Assembly: GCA_965221955.1 (NCBI GenBank) | Contig: CBDCTA010000022.1 | Location: 320,001 to 384,000, forward strand | Source of the DNA: Gammaproteobacteria bacterium | Lineage (GTDB): Bacteria; Pseudomonadota; Gammaproteobacteria; UBA4575 | DNA: 64,000 bases | Direction: 5' to 3' | Shown: piece after piece, positions 51,805 to 60,591 of the stretch | How positions within the stretch are numbered: the first letter of the stretch is position 1 | Layout of the letters: each line of letters begins with the position of its first letter | The notes under the pieces: model-generated | Seen by the model: only the letters and a program-made list of their open reading frames with translations | Database searches by the model: none | What the model was told of the DNA's origin: nothing | Made by a program: the position numbers and the translations under genes

Positions 51805-52719
51805 TTGGAACTCTTTACTTTTCCCTTTAAAGCGATGGGCTCGCCTTGCGAGTTAAAACTTTATGCCGATGATGAAAATACTGCGAAGCAAGCGGCAAAC
51901 GATGCAATTGCGGAAGTTCATCGACTAGAAAAAAAATATTCTCGTTATCGAGAAGATAGTGTTACTACAAAAATAAACAATAGCGCAGGGGATAAAAACG
52001 GAATCGAAGTAGACTCAGAGACTGCATTGTTATTGAATTATGCACAGGTTGGTTTTGAGCAAAGCGATGGTTTATTTGATATTAGTTCAGGAATCTTACG
52101 CAAAGCTTGGGATTTTCGTTCCCAGCAACTACCTTCGCAAAACGAGATTGATGCATTATTACCGCTGATAGGTTGGGACAAGCTCATATGGAATCCTCCG
52201 CACTTGTATCTTCCATTAGAAGGTATGGAATTGGATTTTGGTGGCTATGTAAAGGAGTACGCTGCAGATGTAGTTGCAAACTTTTGTCGTAACGCAGAGA
52301 TACAAAGCGGCTTAGTCAATCTAGGCGGTGATATTTGCATCATTGGGCCACACCCTGGTGGTGATGCTTGGACAGTAGGCGTGCGACACCCTCGTAAACC
52401 AGATATGCCAATGTCTTTTGTGTTGTTAGATAAGGGTGGATTAGCCAGTAGTGGTGATTATGAGCGCTTCATGGTGGTGGATGGAATTCGCTACGCACAT
52501 ATTCTAAACCCCAAAACCGGTTGGCCAGTCAATAGCTTAGCCAGCACAAGTGTTTACGCGGATCAATGTGTAGTAGCCGGTACTTCTTCTACTGTTGCAA
52601 TGTTAAAGGGGGAGGACAAAGGTGTGGCTTGGCTAGAAGAACTAGGTTTGCCATATATTTGCATGAACCAGAAAGAAGAAATCTTTGGCACGCTCAAACG
52701 TGTGTCCGATCTAGGTTAA
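51805..52719 (+). CDS. apbE: FAD:protein FMN transferase
   Basis: FKAMGS, SDGLFD, LDFGGYVKEYAAD, NLGGD, ASSGDYER and HILNP.TG; TTG start with GGAG SD. Confidence 0.92.
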   Translation: MELFTFPFKAMGSPCELKLYADDENTAKQAANDAIAEVHRLEKKYSRYREDSVTTKINNSAGDKNGIEVDSETALLLNYAQVGFEQSDGLFDISSGILRKAWDFRSQQLPSQNEIDALLPLIGWDKLIWNPPHLYLPLEGMELDFGGYVKEYAADVVANFCRNAEIQSGLVNLGGDICIIGPHPGGDAWTVGVRHPRKPDMPMSFVLLDKGGLASSGDYERFMVVDGIRYAHILNPKTGWPVNSLASTSVYADQCVVAGTSSTVAMLKGEDKGVAWLEELGLPYICMNQKEEIFGTLKRVSDLG

Positions 52720-52905
52720 TCGAAATTAAGTCGAGTATATGAGCTGTTACGAGTTTCAGCCAAAATGTGAAACGGATCACATTTCTATAATGAAATGCCA
52801 AAGAATACATAGCAATACAAACGTTTATTCATGCTTTGCTACCACCGGTCGATAAAAAGCGTTACCATTAATTCGCCACATTGTTCCAACTCCAGTGGCA
52901 AACCT

Positions 52906-52937
52906 GAAAGCCTTGTGGATGGATCCACGGGGCTTTC
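52906..52937. terminator. hairpin/terminator between convergent apbE and patatin genes
   Basis: GAAAGCCTTGTGGAT-GG-ATCCACGGGGCTTTC, stem with G-U pairs. Confidence 0.55.
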
Positions 52938-52981
52938 TTATATCTCATTGCAGAAATTAGCCAGTTATTTTCAATCAAATT

Positions 52982-54127
52982 TTATTGAGTTAAAAACTCG
53001 TCGATTTGCTGTGCATTTTGTTCTGCGTCTTTTTCACCGAGCTCTATTAATCGATTTAGATAATCAGGTTGGAACATTAATAGTGAGAGTGAGTCAGGAC
53101 TTTTCGTATCACGTGTACCAAAGCCTCGTGTGAAATATCGAAATGGTTGCGGCAAACGGATTTCATATTGACTTGCGAGTTTACCTAAGTCTTCACTGGG
53201 TCGCAGAATAAATAAATTTACTTTTTTTAATTCTTCGCGCGTTTCTTCATTTACTTCATCGTAGAGCATGTTGATGCGACTCATATTAGCGGCATCATAA
53301 TCAAGCAAATCTAAGAATATGGAGTCGAGTAAAATACCAATAATTTGCGCTACTGGTGCATATTCACCAATAACAGATTCATCAGGTGTCACTTGCCCGC
53401 CGCGGAAGCGAGTTGATATAGCAAGTATCTTTTTAGCACCTAAATGCATAATCGGAGAAAGTGGTGCAATCGATCGTATGCCGCCATCTCCATGCCAACC
53501 ATCATCAAGCTTAACGGCAGGAAATACTAAGGGTAATGCGGCAGAAGCCATGACATGATCTACGGTAATTTCAGCCATAGTACTGTGACGTCTGGGACGT
53601 TGCCAATGCTCTTCTACATGTCCTTGCGTCCAAGTAATGGCTTTACCCGTTCCATAGTTGGTACTAGTGATGCCTAAGACCCGTAATTTACCTTGTTGAA
53701 TATTTTCTTGAATGCCTTTGATTCTTTCTTTTGCTTTTGAGGCTAGTTTTTTTTCTAAAAAAATTCGTAATGGATCGCTATCTAATAAACTACGTTTGCG
53801 AGGACCCATATGACTGCCACCAAGAATAAAACTTAAGCCCCAGCGAAAAAAGTTTGCAAAAAAGTAACCGCTATCTGTTCGAAAAACTTTATCAGTTGTA
53901 AGTTCTAGCCATAGCTCGGCAAGTTGGTCGACGGCTTCATGAAAACTTCCTTGGTATGCTGCCAAATGTGCAGCATTTACTGCACCCGCAGAGACCCCTG
54001 TAAGAATGGGTGGATGGAAATCATCATACTGATTACAAATATAGCGTAATACTCCGACTTGATATGCAGCTCTAGCGCCTCCGCCGGTCATCGCTAAGCC
54101 TAATTCCGTATTAATTGTATTCGGCAT
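52982..54127 (-). CDS. patatin-like phospholipase
   Basis: GGGARAAYQVG, GVSAG nucleophile elbow and DGG. Confidence 0.9.
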   Translation of the reverse strand: MPNTINTELGLAMTGGGARAAYQVGVLRYICNQYDDFHPPILTGVSAGAVNAAHLAAYQGSFHEAVDQLAELWLELTTDKVFRTDSGYFFANFFRWGLSFILGGSHMGPRKRSLLDSDPLRIFLEKKLASKAKERIKGIQENIQQGKLRVLGITSTNYGTGKAITWTQGHVEEHWQRPRRHSTMAEITVDHVMASAALPLVFPAVKLDDGWHGDGGIRSIAPLSPIMHLGAKKILAISTRFRGGQVTPDESVIGEYAPVAQIIGILLDSIFLDLLDYDAANMSRINMLYDEVNEETREELKKVNLFILRPSEDLGKLASQYEIRLPQPFRYFTRGFGTRDTKSPDSLSLLMFQPDYLNRLIELGEKDAEQNAQQIDEFLTQ

Positions 54128-54342
54128 GTTGTTTTACAGTCTAACTAGGCTTATAACATTACTTGTATGTGGTTGTGATGGGTGGCATTCACAAGCGGTC
54201 TACATATTTAGAAAGGAATTTTATAAAGATGCTTTCAACGATAAGTCTTATAACGTATATATTTGGGTTATCTTATCGTCATGCTTCGAAATTGACTAGT
54301 CACCACATAAATGAAAGAAGTTAAGGGGTAAAGCGGGTATTA

Positions 54343-56988
54343 ATGGCTGATATTGATCCACAAGAAACACAAGAATGGTTACATGCTCTAGATGCCATTC
54401 TTGAACGCGATGGCGAAGAACGTGCGCACTATATCATCGAGCAATTGATTACTAATGCGCGTTTGGCAGGCGTGAATCTGCCATTTCGAAGCACTACATC
54501 ATATGTAAATACCATAGCAGCGGACGAAGAAGCACGTATACCGGGCAATCCTAGGATGGAACACCGGGTGCGTTCACTAGAGCGCTGGAATGCATTGGCA
54601 ATGGTGGTTCGCGCCAATAAAAAATTTCCTGAACTTGGTGGGCATATATCAACTTACGCTTCTTGCGCCACTTTAATGAGTATTGGTTTTAATCATTTTT
54701 TTCACCCAGCAACGAAAGAATCAGCGGGTGACTGTATTTATTTTCAAGGCCATGCTGCTCCTGGTGTATATGCACGTGCATATTTAGAAAATCGAGTTAG
54801 CGAAGAACAATTACAAAATTATCGTCGTGAAGTTGAAGGCAAAGGTCTTTCATCTTATCCGCACCCTTGGTTGATGCCTAACTTTTGGCAGTTTCCAACA
54901 GTATCAATGGGGCTGGCACCCATCATGGGCATTTATCAAGCGCGTTTCATGGAGTACTTACATGACCGTGGAATTATTGATAAAGCGAATCGTAAAGTTT
55001 GGGTGTTTACCGGTGATGGTGAAATGGATGAACCAGAATCGCTGGGTGCAATTTCCCTTGCGGCACGTGAAGAGTTAGATAATTTAATTTTTGTTATCAA
55101 TTGCAATCTGCAGCGTTTAGACGGGCCTGTGCGCGGTAACGGAAAAATTATTCAAGAACTCGAGGGTGTGTTTCGAGGTGCAGGTTGGAATGTAATCAAA
55201 CTTATTTGGGGAGGCAACTGGGATCCTTTACTTGCGAGAGATAAAGATGGGTTTTTGCGTAAGCGCATGAATGAAGCATTGGATGGAGACTATCAAAATT
55301 ATCGTGCTAAGGGCGGCGCTTATGTTCGCGAACACTTTTTCGGTAAGTATCCAGAGCTGGAAAAAGTAATTGAAAATATGACAGATGATGATATCTGGCG
55401 ATTGAACCGTGGTGGTCACGATCAACAAAAAGTTTATGCCGCGTATGCCGCCGCAGTAAAGCATCAAGGTCAACCGACTGTGATCTTAGCTAAAACGGTC
55501 AAAGGATATGGTTTAGGGAAAAGTGGTGAGAGTTTGAATATCGCTCATCAACTTAAAAAACCTGCAAAAGATTCTTTAATAGCTTTTCGTGATCGTTATC
55601 GAATACCGGTAAGTGATGAAGATTTGGAAGATGTGCCATTTTACAAGCCACCTGAAGACAGTGCAGAAATGCAATACCTGAAAGAATTACGCACTAAACT
55701 TCAAGGAGAAATTCCCAAACGTAACCAATCTTCCATTAATATAAAAATACCTCCACTTGAAATATTTAAAGATTTAATCGCAGGTAGCGATGGCCGAGAA
55801 AATTCCACTACGATGGCTTTTGTAAGAATTTTATTAGCACTGACACGTGAAAAATCTATCGCAAAATATATTGTGCCGATCGTGCCTGATGAAGCACGCA
55901 CGTTTGGTATGGAGGGGTTATTTCAAAGTATGGGTATTTATGCACATAAGGGCCAACTTTATGATCCGGTAGATGCAGATCAAGTGATGTATTACCGTGA
56001 AGATCAATCAGGACAAATTTTAGAAGAAGGTATCAATGAAGCAGGTGCGATGTCATCTTGGATTGCAGCGGCTACCTCTTATAGCACCCACAATATGCCG
56101 ATGATCCCTTTTTATATTTTTTATTCCATGTTTGGTTTTCAACGTATTGGTGACTTGGCTTGGGCAGCAGGGGATAGTCGTGCGCGCGGATTTTTAATTG
56201 GAGGAACGGCAGGGCGTACCACATTGGCTGGAGAAGGTTTACAACATCAAGATGGCCATAGTCACCTTCTGGCTTCCACTATTCCAAATTGTCGTGCCTA
56301 TGATCCTGCATTTGCATACGAACTTGCAGTGATTGTGCATTACGGTATGAAAATGATGTTTGAAGAAAAACAGGACTATTACTACTACATCACTGTGATG
56401 AATGAGAATTATGCACAACCTGAAATGCCTAAAGGGTGTGAGCAAGGCATCATCAATGGCATGTACCTATTTCAGCAAGTAAAAGCAAAACAACATCATG
56501 TTCAATTATTAGGTAGTGGAGCCATTTTATTAGAAGTTATTGCAGCGGCTGAACTATTGGAAAGAGACTTTTCTGTAAGCAGTGATGTTTGGAGTGTTAC
56601 GAGTTTTAATCGATTAAGACGTAATGGCATGGAAGTACAACGATGGAACATGCTACATCCTGATGAAAAACCAAAAGAGTCTCATGTGAAACAATGTTTG
56701 CACGATACAAAGGGACCGGTTATTGCAGCGACGGATTATATGAAAATCTATGCAGATCAAATCCGTCCATATATAGACAAAAACTATGTGGTGTTGGGCA
56801 CCGATGGGTTTGGGCGTAGCGATACGCGTAAGCAATTACGATATTTCTTTGAAGTCAATGCACAATACATTGCTACCGCGGCACTTTTTGCTTTGGTAGA
56901 AGAAGGCAGCTTAGATCGGTCCATTTTAGTGACTGCGATGCAGAAATATGGGATTGATGCTGATAAATCCGATCCAGTATTTTCTTAA
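54343..56988 (+). CDS. aceE: pyruvate dehydrogenase E1 (homodimeric)
   Basis: DIDPQETQEW, SSYPHP, GDGEMDEPES and GEGLQHQDG. Confidence 0.95.
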   Translation: MADIDPQETQEWLHALDAILERDGEERAHYIIEQLITNARLAGVNLPFRSTTSYVNTIAADEEARIPGNPRMEHRVRSLERWNALAMVVRANKKFPELGGHISTYASCATLMSIGFNHFFHPATKESAGDCIYFQGHAAPGVYARAYLENRVSEEQLQNYRREVEGKGLSSYPHPWLMPNFWQFPTVSMGLAPIMGIYQARFMEYLHDRGIIDKANRKVWVFTGDGEMDEPESLGAISLAAREELDNLIFVINCNLQRLDGPVRGNGKIIQELEGVFRGAGWNVIKLIWGGNWDPLLARDKDGFLRKRMNEALDGDYQNYRAKGGAYVREHFFGKYPELEKVIENMTDDDIWRLNRGGHDQQKVYAAYAAAVKHQGQPTVILAKTVKGYGLGKSGESLNIAHQLKKPAKDSLIAFRDRYRIPVSDEDLEDVPFYKPPEDSAEMQYLKELRTKLQGEIPKRNQSSINIKIPPLEIFKDLIAGSDGRENSTTMAFVRILLALTREKSIAKYIVPIVPDEARTFGMEGLFQSMGIYAHKGQLYDPVDADQVMYYREDQSGQILEEGINEAGAMSSWIAAATSYSTHNMPMIPFYIFYSMFGFQRIGDLAWAAGDSRARGFLIGGTAGRTTLAGEGLQHQDGHSHLLASTIPNCRAYDPAFAYELAVIVHYGMKMMFEEKQDYYYYITVMNENYAQPEMPKGCEQGIINGMYLFQQVKAKQHHVQLLGSGAILLEVIAAAELLERDFSVSSDVWSVTSFNRLRRNGMEVQRWNMLHPDEKPKESHVKQCLHDTKGPVIAATDYMKIYADQIRPYIDKNYVVLGTDGFGRSDTRKQLRYFFEVNAQYIATAALFALVEEGSLDRSILVTAMQKYGIDADKSDPVFS

Positions 56989-56993
56989 AATTT

Positions 56994-58256
56994 GTGAGCA
57001 AAAAAAACATACAAATTACAGACATAGCAGATTTTGAATCTGTAGATGTAGTGGAAATACTTGTTCAAGCTGGTGATGAGATCGCCGTAGATCAACCATT
57101 GATTACAGTAGAAAGCGAAAAGGCCATGATGGATTATCCATCACCATACGCAGGTGTAGTGGATAAAGTCCTTGTTGAAGAAGGTAATAAAGTGAGTGAG
57201 GGTGACACTATTATCGTCTTGGATATGCAGGAACATGAGAATACAACTCAGGGAAAAGTCATTCAAAAAGTTGAGCAACCCAATAGTCAGCCCAAACTAG
57301 AGATCAGCAAAGAAGTTAGTCAAGAAACCAATACTGCATCTTCCCAGCAGTTGAACAATTTAAGTAAACAAAATGCTTATGCGAGTCCTGGCACACAGAA
57401 ATATGCGCGCGAACTAGGCGTTAGTCTTGATGATGTTCAAGGAAGTGGGCGTAAACAAAGGGTTTTAATAGAAGATGTTCAGCAGCATGTCCGCCAACGT
57501 TTAGGTAATGGGTCTGGGCCTCTTGCACCTGCTAGAAAGCCACTGGACTTTTCAAAATATGGCGCATCAGAAACGAAAGACTTAAATAAAATTCAAAAAC
57601 TAACCGCAGAAAATATGCTACACGCTTGGAATAGCATTCCTCATGTAACGCATTTTGATCAAGCTGATGTCACACAACTTGAATTACATAGAAAAAAATT
57701 AGCAAAAGAATTAAGCTCTAAGCAAATTAAACTTACGCCACTTGCATTTGTAGCCAAAGCTTTGGTGGTTAGTCTAAAACAATTCCCGCAATTTAATTCA
57801 TCCCTTGATGACGTTGCCGAAAAGATAATTTATAAGGATTTTTTTCATATCGGCATTGCGGTAGATACAGAATATGGTCTATTTGTACCAGTGCTACGTG
57901 ATGTGGATAAAAAACCGCTCGAACAAGTAGCAAAAGATTTAATTGATGTAAGTGAGCTTGCAAGAAAAAGAAAGCTTACCCCTAGTCATATGGGTGGAGC
58001 GAGTATGACGATTTCTAGTTTGGGTAATTTAGGCGGGCAAGCATTTACTCCAATTATAAACCCACCAGAAGTTGCTATCTTGGGCTTGTCAAAAATGATT
58101 ATCAACGAAAAAACTTCTGGTGCTGAAACTGAACAACAAAAATTATTACCTTTATCTTTATCGTATGATCATCGTGTAATTAATGGTGCAGAAGCAGCGC
58201 GTTTTTGCACACATTTGAAAAATGTTTTAGAAGATATTTGGAAACTGATTCTTTAA
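56994..58256 (+). CDS. aceF: dihydrolipoamide acetyltransferase E2, single lipoyl domain
   Basis: Lipoyl VESEKA, E3-binding ASP..ARELG and SYDHRVINGA. Confidence 0.9.
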   Translation: MSKKNIQITDIADFESVDVVEILVQAGDEIAVDQPLITVESEKAMMDYPSPYAGVVDKVLVEEGNKVSEGDTIIVLDMQEHENTTQGKVIQKVEQPNSQPKLEISKEVSQETNTASSQQLNNLSKQNAYASPGTQKYARELGVSLDDVQGSGRKQRVLIEDVQQHVRQRLGNGSGPLAPARKPLDFSKYGASETKDLNKIQKLTAENMLHAWNSIPHVTHFDQADVTQLELHRKKLAKELSSKQIKLTPLAFVAKALVVSLKQFPQFNSSLDDVAEKIIYKDFFHIGIAVDTEYGLFVPVLRDVDKKPLEQVAKDLIDVSELARKRKLTPSHMGGASMTISSLGNLGGQAFTPIINPPEVAILGLSKMIINEKTSGAETEQQKLLPLSLSYDHRVINGAEAARFCTHLKNVLEDIWKLIL

Positions 58257-58267
58257 TAGTTAATAGC

Positions 58268-59371
58268 ATGAGAATTGGTATTCCAAAAGAAATTAAAGCA
58301 GATGAATATCGAATCGCACTACTTCCTGTAGGCGCGCAGCTACTTGTAAAAGATGGGCACGATGTATTCATAGAAAAAAATGCGGGTTTAGCTAGTGGCT
58401 ACGCAGATGAGGAATACCAATTAGTCGGAGCAGAAATTGTAGAATCGTCAGATGATCTATTTAGTCAATCTGACTTAATTATCAAAGTTAAAGAACCTCA
58501 AATAGAAGAGTTAGAAAAATTATCCGCATCACAGATTGTATTTGGATATCAGCATTTTGCTAGTTCTGCAGAGTTAACTGAAGCTTGCATAAAAAAGAAT
58601 ATCACGGCTTTAGCGTATGAAACGTTGACGGATTCTCATGGGCAATTACCGTTATTAAAGCCCATGAGCGAAGTTGCAGGAAAGATGTCTATTCAAGAAG
58701 GGGCTAAATGTCTTGAAAAACCCATGTTAGGTCGTGGTGTGTTGCTCGGAGGCGTAGCGGGTGTAGCCCCTGCAAATGTGCTCATCCTTGGTGCGGGAGT
58801 AGTAGGTTCAAATGCCGCACGGGTTGCTGCGGGTCTCGGTGCGAATGTAGTGATCATGGATATTGATATCGACAAGCTAAGACATATTGACGAGGTCATG
58901 CCGGATAACGTTACGACGATATATTCTGATCCTCATGCCATTGAACAATGTGCCATCAATGCTGATTTAATTATTGGTGCCACCCTGATTCCAGGTGCGC
59001 GCGCGGTGAAGTTAATCCATAAGGAGCTTTTAAAAAGTTTAAAAAACGGAACCGTTATGGTTGATGTGGCAATTGATCAAGGTGGCTGCTTTGAAACCAG
59101 TAAACCCACTACACACCATGACCCTGTTTATGTGATTAATGATATTGTTCACTATTGTGTGACAAATATCCCTGGCGCTGTAGCACGTACAAGCAGTCAA
59201 GCATTATGTAATGCGACCTTACCCTATATACAAAAACTGAGTAATTTAGGTTTAGAAGCCTTTCTTCATGAAAGCAAAAATATGCGCAATGCGTTAAATA
59301 TTCATGCTGGTAAAATTAAACATTTAGCGGTTGCAAATGCATTTCCAAATTTACCAAATAGCTTTCGTTAA
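58268..59371 (+). CDS. ald: alanine dehydrogenase
   Basis: IGIPKEIK, KVKEP, PMSEVAG, DVAIDQGGC and HYCVTNIPGAV; start trimmed to ATG 58268. Confidence 0.95.
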   Translation: MRIGIPKEIKADEYRIALLPVGAQLLVKDGHDVFIEKNAGLASGYADEEYQLVGAEIVESSDDLFSQSDLIIKVKEPQIEELEKLSASQIVFGYQHFASSAELTEACIKKNITALAYETLTDSHGQLPLLKPMSEVAGKMSIQEGAKCLEKPMLGRGVLLGGVAGVAPANVLILGAGVVGSNAARVAAGLGANVVIMDIDIDKLRHIDEVMPDNVTTIYSDPHAIEQCAINADLIIGATLIPGARAVKLIHKELLKSLKNGTVMVDVAIDQGGCFETSKPTTHHDPVYVINDIVHYCVTNIPGAVARTSSQALCNATLPYIQKLSNLGLEAFLHESKNMRNALNIHAGKIKHLAVANAFPNLPNSFR

Positions 59372-59961
59372 CGAAATTCTAAAAAATAAATAGCCACACC
59401 TAATAAAATCAGCGCTATTTCAATTACGCTAATCCAAATTAACATATAGCTAATTCTTCTAGCGGCAGGTTTCATTAGCAACCAAACATGTTGTTTATAG
59501 AATTTCCAAGGCAAAAACCAAGACCATTTTTGCCAGTCAATCAAATACTGCTGAATCGCTTCGGCCCATTTGGTCAAGCTTTTATCTACTTTATTTAACT
59601 GATCCAAATCTTCTTCAGCTTTAAGACCATGATACTTTTCAGTGATGGTTAATTTAGAGCCTTTGGGTACTTCTTCTATTAAGAAAATCGATTCATATTT
59701 AATTCCATTTTCATATTGAATACGTATACCGTTTTTCATCTTAGTGACATTCAAATTAGTTTGTAATGAAAATTCAGGTTTTTGGCTATGATTAACTAAA
59801 TCGACGTAATATTTATGTGTTTGAATTTCTTCCCATTTCAGGATTTCAAGATAAGGATTAATTCTAAATAATGTCTCAAGTTTGAGGCAAAATTTGAATA
59901 ATTCGGTATTGCTTAGCGGAGTTTTGAATTCAGCCCAAGCTTTGTTTTCTGTATGTTCCAA
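59368..59961 (-). CDS. hypothetical protein with C-terminal TM helix (possible START/SRPBCC-like fold)
   Basis: LFRINPYL motif and C-terminal hydrophobic helix; last gene of the YeiH-Usp operon. Confidence 0.65.
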   Translation of the reverse strand: MEHTENKAWAEFKTPLSNTELFKFCLKLETLFRINPYLEILKWEEIQTHKYYVDLVNHSQKPEFSLQTNLNVTKMKNGIRIQYENGIKYESIFLIEEVPKGSKLTITEKYHGLKAEEDLDQLNKVDKSLTKWAEAIQQYLIDWQKWSWFLPWKFYKQHVWLLMKPAARRISYMLIWISVIEIALILLGVAIYFLEFR

Positions 59962-59967
59962 TGCGGA

Positions 59968-60435
59968 TTATGCGCAAACGAGAGGATGTGGTATTTGCAG
60001 GTGTTCTATTGGTAAATATTTATAAAAACGCTTGCCTGTCATGCGTGACTTTAGGCCAGGCATAGTTTTTGGGCGAGTTGAACCGGTAATCACTAGTTTA
60101 TAATTACCTTCTTGACAGGCTTTAAGCAATTCGTTTTCTGGATCGCCGATCACTACCTTATGTTTAGCCTCGATGTCAAAAGGCTGCAATTGCTTTTGTA
60201 AACGAGTAATCGTTTCATCAATTTCATGTGCTAATTCAGATTCTAGATAATTACCAAAACGTTCACGCGTAATCTCATTGTTTAGCCAATCATCACCAAG
60301 CATGTTTTTCCAAAATTCTGGAAGCACATATAAATGTGTGAGTTCAGTATTGGTTAAGCATAGCTTTAATAATGCTTTCTCGGCCGCTTGCGCGCCAATT
60401 GTGCCATGGCTGGCAAGTAAAATTTTATTTAGCAC
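59968..60435 (-). CDS. universal stress protein
   Basis: KILLASHG, HLYV, GDP and LVITGS; GTG 60435 preferred. Confidence 0.8.
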   Translation of the reverse strand: MLNKILLASHGTIGAQAAEKALLKLCLTNTELTHLYVLPEFWKNMLGDDWLNNEITRERFGNYLESELAHEIDETITRLQKQLQPFDIEAKHKVVIGDPENELLKACQEGNYKLVITGSTRPKTMPGLKSRMTGKRFYKYLPIEHLQIPHPLVCA

Positions 60436-60448
60436 TCGTTCTTGCTTT

Positions 60449-60571
60449 CTAATAGGCAAGATAGACGAATAGCGCGATCACTAAAGCCAATATCAAAGCC
60501 ATTAAATCTTCTCTTCGATCACTGTTAAAAATAGATAAGACTGATCCGCGATCAAATTTTTGTTCTTGCAT
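60449..60571 (-). CDS. 40-aa membrane microprotein between YeiH and Usp
   Basis: MQEQKFDRGSVLSIFNSDRREDLMALILALVIALFVYLAY; AGGAG SD; fills the operon gap. Confidence 0.75.
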   Translation of the reverse strand: MQEQKFDRGSVLSIFNSDRREDLMALILALVIALFVYLAY

Positions 60572-60591
60572 CTTAATTACTCCTGAGATTT

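Noticed and set aside
52831-53133. 100-aa plus-strand ORF
   Set aside because: Runs through a hairpin and overlaps the patatin 3' end antisense.
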